Shown here in pieces: positions 52,092-64,000 of a stretch of DNA of 64,000 bases. Below the pieces are notes generated by a model. That model had not been told where the DNA came from. It worked only from the letters and a program-made list of their open reading frames with translations, and searched no databases. The translations under genes and the position numbers were made by a program. Position 1 is the stretch's first letter. Every line of letters starts with the position of its first letter. The stretch is from Octopus sinensis (lineage: Eukaryota). The stretch is from the NCBI RefSeq assembly GCF_006345805.1, contig NC_043000.1, positions 110,608,001 through 110,672,000 of the forward strand. The letters run 5' to 3'.

Positions 52092-52555
52092 ATGTACGGA
52101 TGAATGTATGTATGTGTGTAGATATATGCGTGTGTACTTGTATATATATAAATTTTCTTAACTTTACTTATAAATGTGCATTACATTCTTACCTAATTTA
52201 TATTTAAATTTCCTCTATCATGTCTATTTAATTTATTTATTTATTACTCTAATTCTATTTACCTCCTCTGTCTTATCTGCAATCAACCTGCAAACCCCTC
52301 GTCCGAACAGATAAAAATACAAATCATAAACAGTATCATAAAGTCTGTTATAATGAATCTATAAACGCGTGTATAAAACATCCAAGGGTATATTTTTTCG
52401 CTCTGGAAATATTATGCTCAGAGCATATGAATTTAATATTAATTAATCCACTGAGTTTTAATCGAAACAGCTGTAAGAAATGATGATTGACTTGTTAATG
52501 ATAAGCAGTCATTAACTTCCCAATCTCCATTTTCTTATTTTCTTTCTTTCATATG
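51717..52555. repeat. Two diverged ~190-bp copies of one repeat in inverted orientation (51717-51900 +, 52359-52555 -)
   Basis: Shared GAGATTGGGAAG..CAGCTGTTTCGATTAAAACTC..CATATGC.CTGAGCATA. Confidence 0.75.
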
Positions 52556-52684
52556 AAAATTAAACATTATGGTTTTATATATAAACCTATTATTTTAATG
52601 AAATCAATTTCCCCCAAATATTAGGTATTGAACCAGCATCTCCTTGGATGACACCATCTCTTCATGAGTTCACGTTCTCGATGA

Positions 52685-52724
<40 letters not shown>

Positions 52725-53746
52725 ACACACACATACACACACACACACCACACACACACACACTCACAGAGTTAATCAAATATATTCAATGAGAATAAAG
52801 TGTGTTGGATTTCAGATAAGTGCTCTTGATATGAGAAATGTTTAAAACCTTAAAGGTATTTACAGATTCAATTAGAGCGATTATATATTATAAAGTGAAA
52901 GTAGGAAAAATGACGTCAAAAAATCACAGAAGAGATACGTCGATGATATAAATAATATTGTATTAATAGATAAATATATAAAGTTTGATTATTTAAAAAG
53001 GTTTAAGATATCTTACGATCGTTTCATGAATGTTTTACCCTTCGAAATGAAATCCAAAATTGATAATCATCATTAGGTAATATATCCATTCGTCAGAGAG
53101 AAAGAAGAGGAATTACCATGTAGTCAATCGAATGACAGTGATGCAATTTAAAATCGTCTGATAAAGATTTTGTTTAAAATGTTGCTGGTATAGATGCGTA
53201 TTGGTACAAACTTGGGCTAAAAATTTTGAAAAAATAATATAAATCCATGGTGAAATCCTTTGTAATAATCCATAATGGCTGTGTGTAGATAGAAGTCCCA
53301 TAATTCCTTTTCTGTTCAGTATGTAATCCATAAATGTAAAGAATTCTTTATTACTCGCAAGGGGTCAACATAGAAGAGATAGTACAAGGTGGGGACAAGG
53401 AAAACTAATGTAAGGGATGAATAAAATAATGGACGTAAATGAAAACTGAAATGAAGCCGTTCGGCCCCACCTCCGATCGACTTCATTGAACCTGTTACTG
53501 CGACTTTAAAACAATTAATCTTCATCCTTCTGAAGAATGTCTAATTATAATCATCGCGAAGATCACGACAATCAATCCACTTTGGTAATTGGCTGCTGTC
53601 AATTTCACTGACCCAGTATTCAGAGTCCTTATCGTAGTCTTTTATTCTTGACAATTATTCCAACCTTGCCACCACACAATGGTATCGCCATGGTAATCCG
53701 GAAAATACTGCCGTATTTATTTTTTATTATATTGTCCCATGTGTCT

Positions 53747-54149
53747 ATCTCGTCGTGAAGTTCTCTGTTTGTTCCGTCGTATATTACAACGCATTTTTTC
53801 TCACGGGGCGGGGGAGGGGCAGTTTTAGGCCTCCCGTATGCTTTGAAGCCATATTTGAAGCATCGTGGGGTGAACAACAAACGAAATGTATGGGGGAAAA
53901 GGCTGGTAGAGAAAAAGTACACCTTGTGAATGTTGAACCCCATCCTACACCCACTTGACTCCCACCAACACCCACCCGACTCCCGCGTACCCACACTATG
54001 CCCAATCCACTCCTATACCCTCTCCATAACCCACTCACACAAAGACAAACACAAGCATACAAGAGACCAAAAACTGCGCCTCCCCCGCCCTGTGAGAAAA
54101 AATACGTTCTAATATATGACGGAACAAATAGAGAACTTCACGATGAGAT
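53747..54149. mobile_element. Foldback/MITE-like element with ~95-bp diverged inverted arms
   Basis: ATCTCGTCGTGAAGTTCTCTGTTTGTTCCGTC..TTTTTCTCACGGGGCGGGGGAGG is mirrored at 54054-54149. Confidence 0.75.
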
Positions 54150-54384
54150 GAGTCCACGGACCATTGAGCAGCAGTCACGATGTCGCATTTTGATATACGG
54201 TGCGAATCAGCATGATATAAGGTAACTCTTTCCCAATATTCAGATAGCTTTCACTCGCCCGTCTCAACTAACTTTTTCTCAACTTTAACCAACGACACTC
54301 TCTGTTCACCAATACACCAAACTGTCCCTGAAAAAACGAGACGAAAAAACTTAAAATTTAACTCGTGTATGTATTTCTTTATTG

Positions 54385-54547
54385 GGGGGGGGGGCTAAAC
54401 ACAGAGGGGATTAAGTCGATTACATCGATCCCAGTGCATAACTGGTACTTATTTAATCGACCCCGGAAGGATGAAAGGCAACGTCGACCTCGGCGGAATT
54501 TGAACTCAGAACGTTTTGGCCGGCGTGCTAACGATTCTGCCAGCTCG
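54385..54547 (-). mobile_element. Dominant SINE, internally deleted
   Basis: Head, body and a shortened tail. Confidence 0.8.
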
Positions 54548-55010
54548 TATGTATGTATGTATGTATGTATGTATGTATGTATGTATGTATGTATGTATGC
54601 ATGTATGTATGTATGTATGTATGTATGTATGTATGTATGTATGCATGTATGTATGCATGTATGTATGTATGCATGCATACATGTATGTATGTATGTATGT
54701 ATGTATGTATGCATGCATGTATGTATGTATGTATGTATGTATGTTTGTATGTATGTATGTATGTATGTATGTATGTATGCATGTATGTATGCATGTATGT
54801 ATGCATGCATACATGTATGTATGTATGTATGTATGTATGTATGTATGTATTATGTATGTATGTATGTATGTATGCATGTATGTATGTATGTATGTATGTG
54901 TGTGTATGTATGTGTGTATTTATGAGTGTATGTATGTGTGTATGTATGCGTGTATGTATATGTGTATGTATGTATGTGTGTGTATGTATGTATGTATGCA
55001 TGTATGTATG
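54548..55010. repeat. (TATG)n microsatellite with TGCA variants
   Basis: Direct reading. Confidence 0.95.
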
Positions 55011-55209
55011 TCATTATTCAGTTTATTTCAAGATTTCTTACCAATAGAGAAAGAACTGGTTTCTAACCTAGATCCAAGGCTCCTTCATTGGAATTTCAAC
55101 ATCAGCAACAGGGTATTTTTGTTTGTTTGTATGTATGTATGTATGTATGTATGTATGTATGTATGCATGTATGTATGCATGCATGCATGCATGTATGTAT
55201 GTATGTATG

Positions 55210-55240
<31 letters not shown>

Positions 55241-55531
55241 TGTATGTATGTATGTATGTATGTATGTATGTATGTATATGTGCAGATTTGTATGTCTTGT
55301 TTTATATATGTATTCTCACGCATATAGTTACATATCTAGACATGCTCATATATACTTAAATGATAAACTTCTGGAAAGTTTTACAGATTTTTACAGTTCC
55401 GGTGATGGATTGGATCTGTAGTCTTCGAATCAGCTTTCTCCTTTCGGGTTTTGGGAAGCCTAATTTCTCAAGTTTGGTATTTAGGTAGTGTGTTACATAT
55501 CCCAGGGTTCCAGTAATTACAGGTATAAATC

Positions 55532-55533
<2 letters not shown>
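55011..55533 (-). mobile_element. 3' end of an RLE-type non-LTR retrotransposon embedded in (CATA)n
   Basis: FIPVITGTLGYVTHYLNTKLEKLGFP..RKLIRRLQIQSITGTVKICKTFQKFII* resembles an RLE-LINE C-terminus; the 3' UTR has an internal (CATA)n; (CATA)n lies on both flanks. Confidence 0.65.
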
Positions 55534-55563
<30 letters not shown>

Positions 55564-55648
55564 TGTATGTATGTATGTATGTATGTATGTATGTGTGTAT
55601 GTATGTATGTATGTATGTATGTGTGTGTGTGTGTGTATGTATGTATGA

Positions 55649-55701
<53 letters not shown>

Positions 55702-56580
55702 AACATGAAGGCAAAATGCGCTGACAGCGAATGTCTACAAAATGCTACCAAACCGTCCTCTACGAAGAAGTTATCGCACAGTTTCGTGCACTGGTGTAAC
55801 AGCTGTTGTTTTTAATCAATATTCTAGTATCCTAAAGACAATTGTGGACCACGGAAACCAAGACAAAAAGTATTGATGTAAAATAATACAGAATCTCAAA
55901 GTCTCTTATTAATCGTGGAAATCAGACGAAGCTGTTGCACACTTTGTTAGCAAACAGTATCTCTCCCTTAATGCTTTTTATTGTTTTATGAGAAGTTATT
56001 TTTGGATAATTATCTCGTATCTATAAAGAAATTATTCAAATTAATTAGGAAAGATCAATAAACAAGCCGTAATTCAGAGAATTTAGTGAAAATCTTTGAA
56101 ATGTGTTCGAATAATCATAATTTGGTCATATCAAGAAGAGCAGCGTCGATGCTCATTTCTAGATGCATCTAAGAATGGTGAGAGGAACATAAGTATGTTT
56201 GCAAGAGATTGCTTTCTGCTAAAGGCGATTTAAGTCTACAGCTCGACTTATCTATAATACTTTTGTATGATCTTAGTATATAAAACTTCAAGCAAATGCT
56301 ATCTCAGCTATGGAAGGAAATCGATGATATAATCTCTTATACATATAACGTTGATATTATTCTTCAGACAGCTGAGTGGTGAATTATGGAACGGTGCCGA
56401 AGACAGAATCTATTCTAAGTACAACGTTAATATGATTTGCATTATTTGTCAGACAATTGACTAGTGAATAATTTAGACCAAAACTATCTTCTCTCTCACA
56501 CACACACACACCACACACACACACACCACACACACACACACACAACACACACACACACAACACACACACACACACACGCG

Positions 56581-56658
<78 letters not shown>

Positions 56659-56764
56659 TTCTCACTTCAGTATAGTACATTTCTTATTTTCATATCAGAG
56701 AAAAGTGCACAAGGCTGAACTTGAGCCGAAAGCCTCAGTGAACGAAGGACTCGTAGCTGCTAAA

Positions 56765-57150
56765 CTGGGCTGGCAGAATCTCTAAACCACCGGAAGAAAC
56801 ACTTTGCGGTATTTCTTCCGTCTACCGCTACGTTCTGAGTTCAAATTCTGCCGAGGTCGACTTTGCCTTTCATCCTTTCGGGGTCGATTAAATAAGTACC
56901 AGTTACGCACTGGGGTCGATGTAAACGACTTAATCCGTTTGTCTATCCTTGTTTGTCCTCCCTGTGTTTAGCCCCTTGTGGGTAGTAAAAAAATAGGTAT
57001 TTCTTCCGACTCATTACGTTCTGAGTTCAAATTCTGCCGGAGTCAACTTTGTCTTTTATCATTTCAGTTGAGCCCTAGGGGTCGATGTAATCGACTGACC
57101 CTTTCCCCTCCAAAATTTCTGGCCGTGTTCCTTGAAAGGATAATTCTTCT
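56765..57150 (+). mobile_element. Nested SINE: young 5'-truncated copy 56821-56995 inside an older copy, 13-bp TSD
   Basis: GGTATTTCTTCCG at 56808-56820 and 56996-57008. Confidence 0.88.
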
Positions 57151-57469
57151 TCTTCTTTCAGTTTTGTTTCCATTCCTTGCAGTTCTTGCCGGGTGTCTTC
57201 TCGACACCTAGGTCAAAGAAACTCACTGTATACATTGATAGGCCATTAAAATAAACACACGAGATTGCTAATTTATAAAATCAATTAAAGTTAGGACTGC
57301 TTAATTTTGGCTTGGTAATCGTGGAGGAGAGTATCAAAACTGTAACTTCACAAAGATTTCTTACCTCTTTAAAATGAATTATTTATTTATATTGTTGTTG
57401 TTTGTTCTTTCTTGAGCCACGCCTGGCTCATAAGAGTCATTATGAAAATATATTATTTACATGGAAGCT

Positions 57470-58430
57470 AATCGTTCTCACAGCGACAATACGTGTGACG
57501 TACGTGCTAAAAGAATATTTTGCTTTTCTTCCAGGTATGATAAGCCAGAGCCCTTTCTCAAATAATTTTTAGTTCCTTTTTTGATTATTTCTAGTGGTCC
57601 TACAATCACTAGCATTGTAACAACTTTGAAATGCCACATTTTGTTGATTTCATTATGCAAATCTTTATATTTTGTGAATTTGTCAAATTCTTTTGCCGAG
57701 ATATTATGATCACAGGAAATACTCATGTCGATCAATAAACGGACTTTATTATTTTGATCTTTTACAACAATATCTGGTTTATTAGCGTTGATGGTTCTGA
57801 CTGTATGTATTGGAAAGTTCTGTGGCATTTTTACATACCATGCTATGTTGTTTTCTTCTGTTCTAATGCTGTGTTCGCATCCAATCAGTCCTCTTCCTCC
57901 TCTTTTTCTTGGTACATACAGTCTGTCTGTGTCACTCTTTGTGTGGAATATCCCGTATCTAGTCAGCAACTTCCTTGTCTTTCTGTTAAAGCAGTTTAGT
58001 TCGTCCACTGTCCATGTGATTACCTCTGTTCCATATCTAAGGAGTGAAACCGCCCAGGTGTTGATAGCTTCAATCTTATTTCGCCCGTTTAATTTCGACT
58101 TAAGGATCAGTCTCAGTCTGCGCAAGTACTCCACCTTAAATTTTTCTGTCATTTCTTTCTCCATCAATTTATCCATTTGTATCAAGCACAGTACAAAGAT
58201 CTGGGGACAGGCAGTCCCCTTGGAAGATGCCTCTCCTGATCACTATTGTCCCTAAACTTCTTTCCTATGCTGCCAGTTACGTCCTCCACTTCGCCATACA
58301 TTTTCCAAGCAATCGCTCGACATTCGATGCAATGCCAAATAGGTTCATACATTCCATAACCCAAGAATGTGGTATCATATCGTACGCCTTACGATAATCG
58401 ATCCATCTTGTGAGACTAGTTGGCCCCGCA
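57470..58430 (-). mobile_element. R4/Dong-like RLE non-LTR retrotransposon, internally deleted
   Basis: IDYRKAYDMIPHSW, RRGIFQGDCLSP, KSKLNGRNKIEAINTWAV, DRLYVPRKRGGRGL, and NKPDIVVKD..LLIDMSI (PD..D nuclease). Confidence 0.88.
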
Positions 58431-58439
58431 TAAAATTTT

Positions 58440-59562
58440 CTTCCCTTCTGGGAGGAATCAGTTTATACTTTTTAACATAACTACTCGTTCGGTCTTAGCC
58501 AACACAAAAACTGATAACAGTATAACTTTCAAATCTAATGCTAGCGAGTTCGCCGACGCGGTCCGCCAACTAGAAAAAGAAATTATTTTGTCTTTGGCAG
58601 AATTAAAATTAAAAAATCATTGAAGGCCTAGACATAATGTTGAGCTCAACATCCCGGAATCCATCTGGCAAAAATCTACTTCAGAACTGTGACATACAAA
58701 ACCTTAGCAAAAAAAAAAAGTGCAGATGACAACAAAAAATTGAAAGTGACTCTGACCATACTGGAGCAACAAAAGACGTTACCTGGAGGTAAAATTACAG
58801 CGCAGTAAAGATGAGATTCCCTTTAATGAATGGTATCAACAAGCTCTCCTTAACAACCCTAAAGAATGGTGATTTATATGAGGAGGGTCTTCATATCAAT
58901 CTACCTTGGGTGTAGATTATTTAAAATAAAAACAGTGGATGTATCTACAGAAATGAATATCTGCTGATTGGTGGCAGCTTTTCTTTTCGATGTATAGAGA
59001 ATAAAACTGATATTCTGCAGGTCCAGAGGTTGTAGAAACAAAATTGTTCGGGTCAAGGAATGGAACAACCGATTCAAATGGATCACCGAAGCATGGAATC
59101 CATCTCCCTGCCCGATCAATCGGTCAGACGGCACAAAACTATACGCGGCCGTTGTGGAAGAAAGTTGAGGTGTCATTTGTGCTGCGATGCAAATCATCTC
59201 AAGGCTTTCAATCCACAGCAAAGGAAAAAGAGGAGAACCATCACTTCTGCAGATGCCGCCAACACAAAAGCAACAACTGCAAAAGCAAAGAAAAAAGAAA
59301 AAAAACATCAGTAGCACCAACAGTGGCTCGAAGCAACAGCAGCAACAACAACATCAATGAGAGCAAGTGCAATACCAGCAGCTACGAAATGCAGCAGCAA
59401 CTGCAGCACAAGCAGCAGCAGCAGCAGCAACAACAACTGCAACAGCAGCAACAACTGCAGCAGCAGCAACAACAACAACAACAACAACAACAACTTCAGC
59501 AGCAGCAACAACAACAACTGCAGCAGCAGCAGCAACAACAACAACAGTAACAACAACAACTG

Positions 59563-59593
<31 letters not shown>

Positions 59594-59596
59594 TGC

Positions 59597-59631
<35 letters not shown>

Positions 59632-62110
59632 CTGCAGCAGCTGCTACAGCAATAGCAAGGAGCAGGCAAATAAGTGCAGCACTGGTGACAGCAGCTCTAG
59701 CTTCAGCAAAGGAGAGACACTTACAGTAACAATAATAGCAACAACAAGAATAATGGAAGCAGGAACCACAAAAAAGAAAAGGAACGGAAAATACACCACC
59801 GTCAACGGTCACAACATTACGGACAGAAGCAACAACAAACGCAATAAAATATCCACATCAACAACCAATATCAAAAACAGAACAACGCCAGAACCTCGCC
59901 CCCATGACAGACTCCGCCCCCCACCATCTCACTACACAGACCTGTCGCGTGGCGAATATGACTGGGAGAACAGCAAATGGCAAACGGTAACAGATCGGAA
60001 AAGGAAAAGGCAACAAAAATTCGAACAAATGGGGGAGGCGCCTTTAAGAAACGACGCACCAATACGACCACTGCCGCCGCCGCCAATAGCAGCTACATCA
60101 CTGTGACGAACACCATCATCCCCGTCACCACCACTACCGCTACCACAAATACCCACCCCACAAGCACAAGCGCAACCCAGATCACTCACACACAGTAACG
60201 ACACATCCCCAACACGAAAATAAAAGCAAGAATTCACTTAACGACACAGCCATAAACATAAACTATAAAAAACCTAATGGATCACTAAAATACAGGATGA
60301 TGTATTTTTATAATAATATTAATAACTCTGTCCTATAATAACTACAGCGCGCACACGAATGGTATTCTGTCACACATACAAATCATTGGAACATTACAAG
60401 ACACATACAATGTTTCAAAAAAAATAAACACCCCCTAAAGGAATGGGAAACTTCAGAGGGGCTAGAAATAAAAGACTCTCTAAAGAAATGCTTGTGGAAA
60501 CTCCCACAAATATCCTGAAGAGCAGAACAACTGTATTTTCAAAGATATAATGTCAGTGTTTCTTCTCACTTTCCTCTCTCTCGTTGAACATGGTCACTCT
60601 CAGTATAGAAAGTATGAATGCACTGTGGCCTGTGGTGATACTGGAAAGAGGTCCACCTGCTCAACGACCTCGGGTCACTAGATACAGATCCAGTGGTCAT
60701 CAGTGAGATTTGAGTTTACCATCTCCAAGCTCTCATGCCCATTTTCGGTGTACGAGATCTATTTATCTCCAAGTCGAATGAGAAAGGGTGGTGGGACACT
60801 GTGTTGCTTCGGAAGGGTTTGGCCCTCACAACACTGTCTTGGACACAGAAAGTAAATTGGTAGTCCTGGATGTGAACAGTAGCGAATGGAGTGACCTCAG
60901 ACTAGTAGCTGTTCATGATCCGATGGAGGTAAGAAGGCCGGATTTCTCTAGGCGTCTGAAGGTCAACCGAGGAACTTCGCGCTCTTTACTCATAGCGAGT
61001 GGCTGGAATACTATCTTGAATGCACGTTTGGATTGTGTGGGACTAGATCATAGGAGAGATAGGCGCTAAAGCAACGTAAACCTACTCAAGCGTTTCCAAC
61101 TGTCTAATAAGTAATGACTGGATTTCCTGAATGTGCCATTGTAGATATGGACAAACAAAATCAAATCATCCAGATCGTATCTAGATATTCTGCCTGCCTG
61201 TAGATAAGGATAGCGTATATTGTGCACATTTTAAAATTGTCGACTACACAGAACAGTTTTGTGAATCGAGAAGCTGCAGCACTGCTGAAAATGGATCCAA
61301 ACAAAAGGAATCACATCGATAATTTTCGGTCCATAACTGTTAAACACATATTTGAAAGTTTAGGCTAAGCTGTTAGCAAAGTGGTTGGCGCTTGTCTATT
61401 GTTGCTGAGGCACAACCATTCGCCATCCCGAACAGATCTATCAACGACAATCTCCACCCGATGCGTTACATTATAGAATGAGTGGGTAAAAGACCTAGCT
61501 TCATTCGATTTAGATGAATCAATCGCTTTCAATAGGGTCCACCATCAATACGGGGCAGCTGTTTTCCCGACAGCGGGGTTCGCTCTCGTCTTCCGCTGTT
61601 GGATCACTGCAATGTATAACATCTCGGTGGTTAAGGTGAATGGTCATTGCTCAGAAACCCTCCAATGTCATGCGATCGGTCCTTCAAGGTTGTCTCCCCT
61701 TCGTTTGTGCTTACTCTTGAGTCACTACTACGGAAATTAGAAATGTTGAAGCGCTTTCCGCGTGAATTAGGGTGTATCGGAACACACGGACGACATCAGC
61801 ATCATATTGTCGGACACGAGGCACAAAGAAGTTATCGGCAATGTTTTAAGCGACTACAAGGCGATGACATGCCAAATGAGGATTGCTTATCGAACTCTCA
61901 TTGGGTTACCACCTGATATACACCCGGAGCTACATATTGTAGCTTCTGTGAACTGCCACTCTGCCCTACATGAGGGTTTTAGTCAACGCGATGGACCAAT
62001 CTGAAAATGTATCAGTGGTAAGTGGATGCAAGGCAGTCTTCTGAACATATCGAACCAACGATGGGTAGCGATGCAAAAACCACAGAAAACTAAACGACAA
62101 TAACTCGTCG
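58440..62110 (+). mobile_element. Older, near full-length decayed Tx1/L1-clade LINE (ORF1 ~58440-60240, endonuclease ~60590-61200, RT ~61320-62100)
   Basis: 61320-61720 aligns by eye with 686-1130 of the first copy. Endonuclease-like KLVVLDV..LRLVAVHDP. Degenerate knuckle CHLCCDANHLKAF(N)P at ~59170-59215. The ORF1 assignment is weaker than the RT assignment. Confidence 0.7.
59330..59640. repeat. (CAA)n/(CAG)n compound trinucleotide array
   Basis: Direct reading; lies within the presumed LINE ORF1. Confidence 0.95.
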
Positions 62111-62489
62111 CCTCTTATGATTCATCATAGGAATAAGTCCAGTAAACAATTGTCTTTAAATGCCCAAAGTTTACGAAATGAGGCCCACTTTTTGACGCTT
62201 GCGTTAAAAGTATTGCCCTTGATTCCATTACAATCCCAGAAACAAGAGCAAATTCTTTACTAAGAGATAGTATTTTTAGAATTGCTGGTTTTGCAAACAC
62301 CACTCTAATCGCCATGAGGCTCCAGCATTTACTGCGATGCCTAGCAAAGATTCGAGCCAGTGCTGCAAGATGTGTTTTCTCCCTCGTTCGTGTAAGCATA
62401 TCAACATCTCTTTTTGGAGTTATTTGCCATCCCATAAAACTACAACAAACTGACATTTCGAGACCACATTAAAAAAACAAAAACAAAAA

Positions 62490-62950
62490 TCAGACACCTG
62501 TCTTTTCATCACTGGTGATTTCAATTAAACCGAGATTAATTAGGGAGCCTTTCATTAGCCGCAAAGTGCAAATGTTTTCTTGATTTAGAGCTAAATTTAA
62601 ACTGGTCCCAAGTAGCCAGTCCCCAAACAAAGGTAACAACACTTTGGATCTGTTATTCGCCACTGAGCCTAATACTTTTATCAGCGTCACTATCCGATAA
62701 TCTTTAAGAGACTCCGATCAGGTTCTGATCATTGCTAATCTGTCCCTTTAGGGCAGAAGGAAAATCCACTCCTACCGTCTCCCTCACCCAACTGCCTGCT
62801 TTGACTGGAACAAAGCGGATTGGAACTCCTAATTTACTGAGTTACAGTACCCAAAATGGTTTGAATTTTGTTTCCGGAAATGTTAATTCCTCCTTCAGCT
62901 AATCCGTAATTCAACCATGGCTGCATGTGAAACATCAGGGCCATATGAAA
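62490..62950 (+). mobile_element. LINE apurinic endonuclease fragment (CR1/Jockey-type)
   Basis: TGDFN, TLDLLFATEP, SDHC and FDWNKADWNS motifs in order, with stops. Confidence 0.7.
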
Positions 62951-63344
62951 CATATTAGAAACCCACCAAAGGCGCAATATGGAAGATTGCAGCTGTCCAC
63001 CTTTACAGGAAAGAATGATTGGGTTTATGATTAAGTGCATTTCATTCCTAACCATCTCCACTTATATTCAGATGTAGTATATTTAGGACTACGTTGTACA
63101 ATTTAGTCTCATTATAAAGAACAATTTGTAATTCAATGTAAATTTGGCTGTTATTTCTAGCTGATAAGACGATTAATGTAGCGGTCTTCGTTGTAGCTAA
63201 AGCGTTCCCCCTGTGACCATTCCATCAGTTTTTCAATCATTTTGTTTCCAGGTCAAAAACGTCCAATGTATCTTTCTCTTTTGTAAGACAACAGCGTGTG
63301 ATATGAGGTCAATCTTGCTGCTATTTCTCGTTGACCTATAAGTG

Positions 63345-63530
63345 GCGAGCTGGCAGAAACGTTAGCACGCCGGGTGAAATGCTTTGCGGTATTTCGTCTG
63401 TCTTTACGTCTGAGTTCAAATTCCGGCGAGGTCGACTTTGCCTTTCATCCTTTCGGGGTCGATTAAATAAGTCGATCTAATCGACTGGTCACCCCACCCA
63501 AATTTCGGACCTTGTGCCTAGAGTACAAAT
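63345..63530 (+). mobile_element. tRNA-derived SINE with the alternative tail
   Basis: Dominant head and body, then CCCAAATTTCGGACCTTGTGCCTAGAGTA. Confidence 0.85.
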
Positions 63531-64000
63531 ATATATATATATATATTAACAATTAAGGAACGGCCATAATAGGCCATTCACCCACTAGAAATAACAGCAA
63601 AGCTTCTACCTCCGCAAATAAGATTAATTCCGTAAACAGGAGAAAATTAAAAAAAACTTTACCCTGTAATTTCTTGTCGGTATACCGTTTCATCCGCTGT
63701 TAATGGTATACTAACCTGATTAAATTAATCAAGCATCTTCCATAGCCCTCGGATTCTTCAGCAAGAAATAGCTCAAGACGGAACGATATATACACGAGGC
63801 ATACCCAATCTTGCCAAGTCAATATCTGACCTAAAATTTTCAAATCGTCGCACTCGCGCCAAATTTAATCGGCAGCAAATAATATCAGCCGTCGATTCCA
63901 TTACGGAATTAACCAAAAAATTCATATTAATCAATATAGGTGGCAAGGAAAATTTTGTAGAATTTTATTGCCATATTTTATTGCTATATTGATTAATTAT

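Noticed and set aside
59044-59812. PolyQ, polyT and polyV/L ORFs
   Set aside because: All frames are open only because of the CAA/CAG array; no splice or domain support for a host polyQ gene.

Overview
AT-rich, repeat-dominated animal genomic DNA. The SINE families and the very high density of (TA)n/(CA)n/(TATG)n/(GATA)n microsatellites look like an octopus (coleoid cephalopod) genome; this is from my recognition of the repeats, not a database search. Most of the window is decayed transposons: two Tx1/L1-clade LINEs, a Penelope-like element, RLE/R4-type, RTE and CR1-type LINE fragments, Tc1/mariner and pogo remnants, several MITEs, and dozens of tRNA-derived SINEs. The only convincing host coding sequence is a minus-strand exon (acceptor at 22491, ORF 22465-22076) for an unrecognised ~129-aa single-pass membrane protein, with candidate upstream exons further right. 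Most ORFs in the track are microsatellite artefacts. Best leads: (1) a structurally complete 42-nt type I hammerhead ribozyme with a compensated U3-A8 core at 51142-51183 (-), inside a ~300-bp element embedded in (TA)n, plus other hammerhead-like mini-elements also inserted in (TA)n; (2) the dominant SINE shares its 3' 42 nt with the Tx1 LINE and twice sits at the same GGTATTTC site inside an older SINE; (3) an 8-bp-TSD foldback element carrying inverted telomeric repeats; (4) a perfect 20-nt inverted repeat 2.35 kb apart, both copies containing a 5' splice-site motif, around a purine/pyrimidine strand switch.
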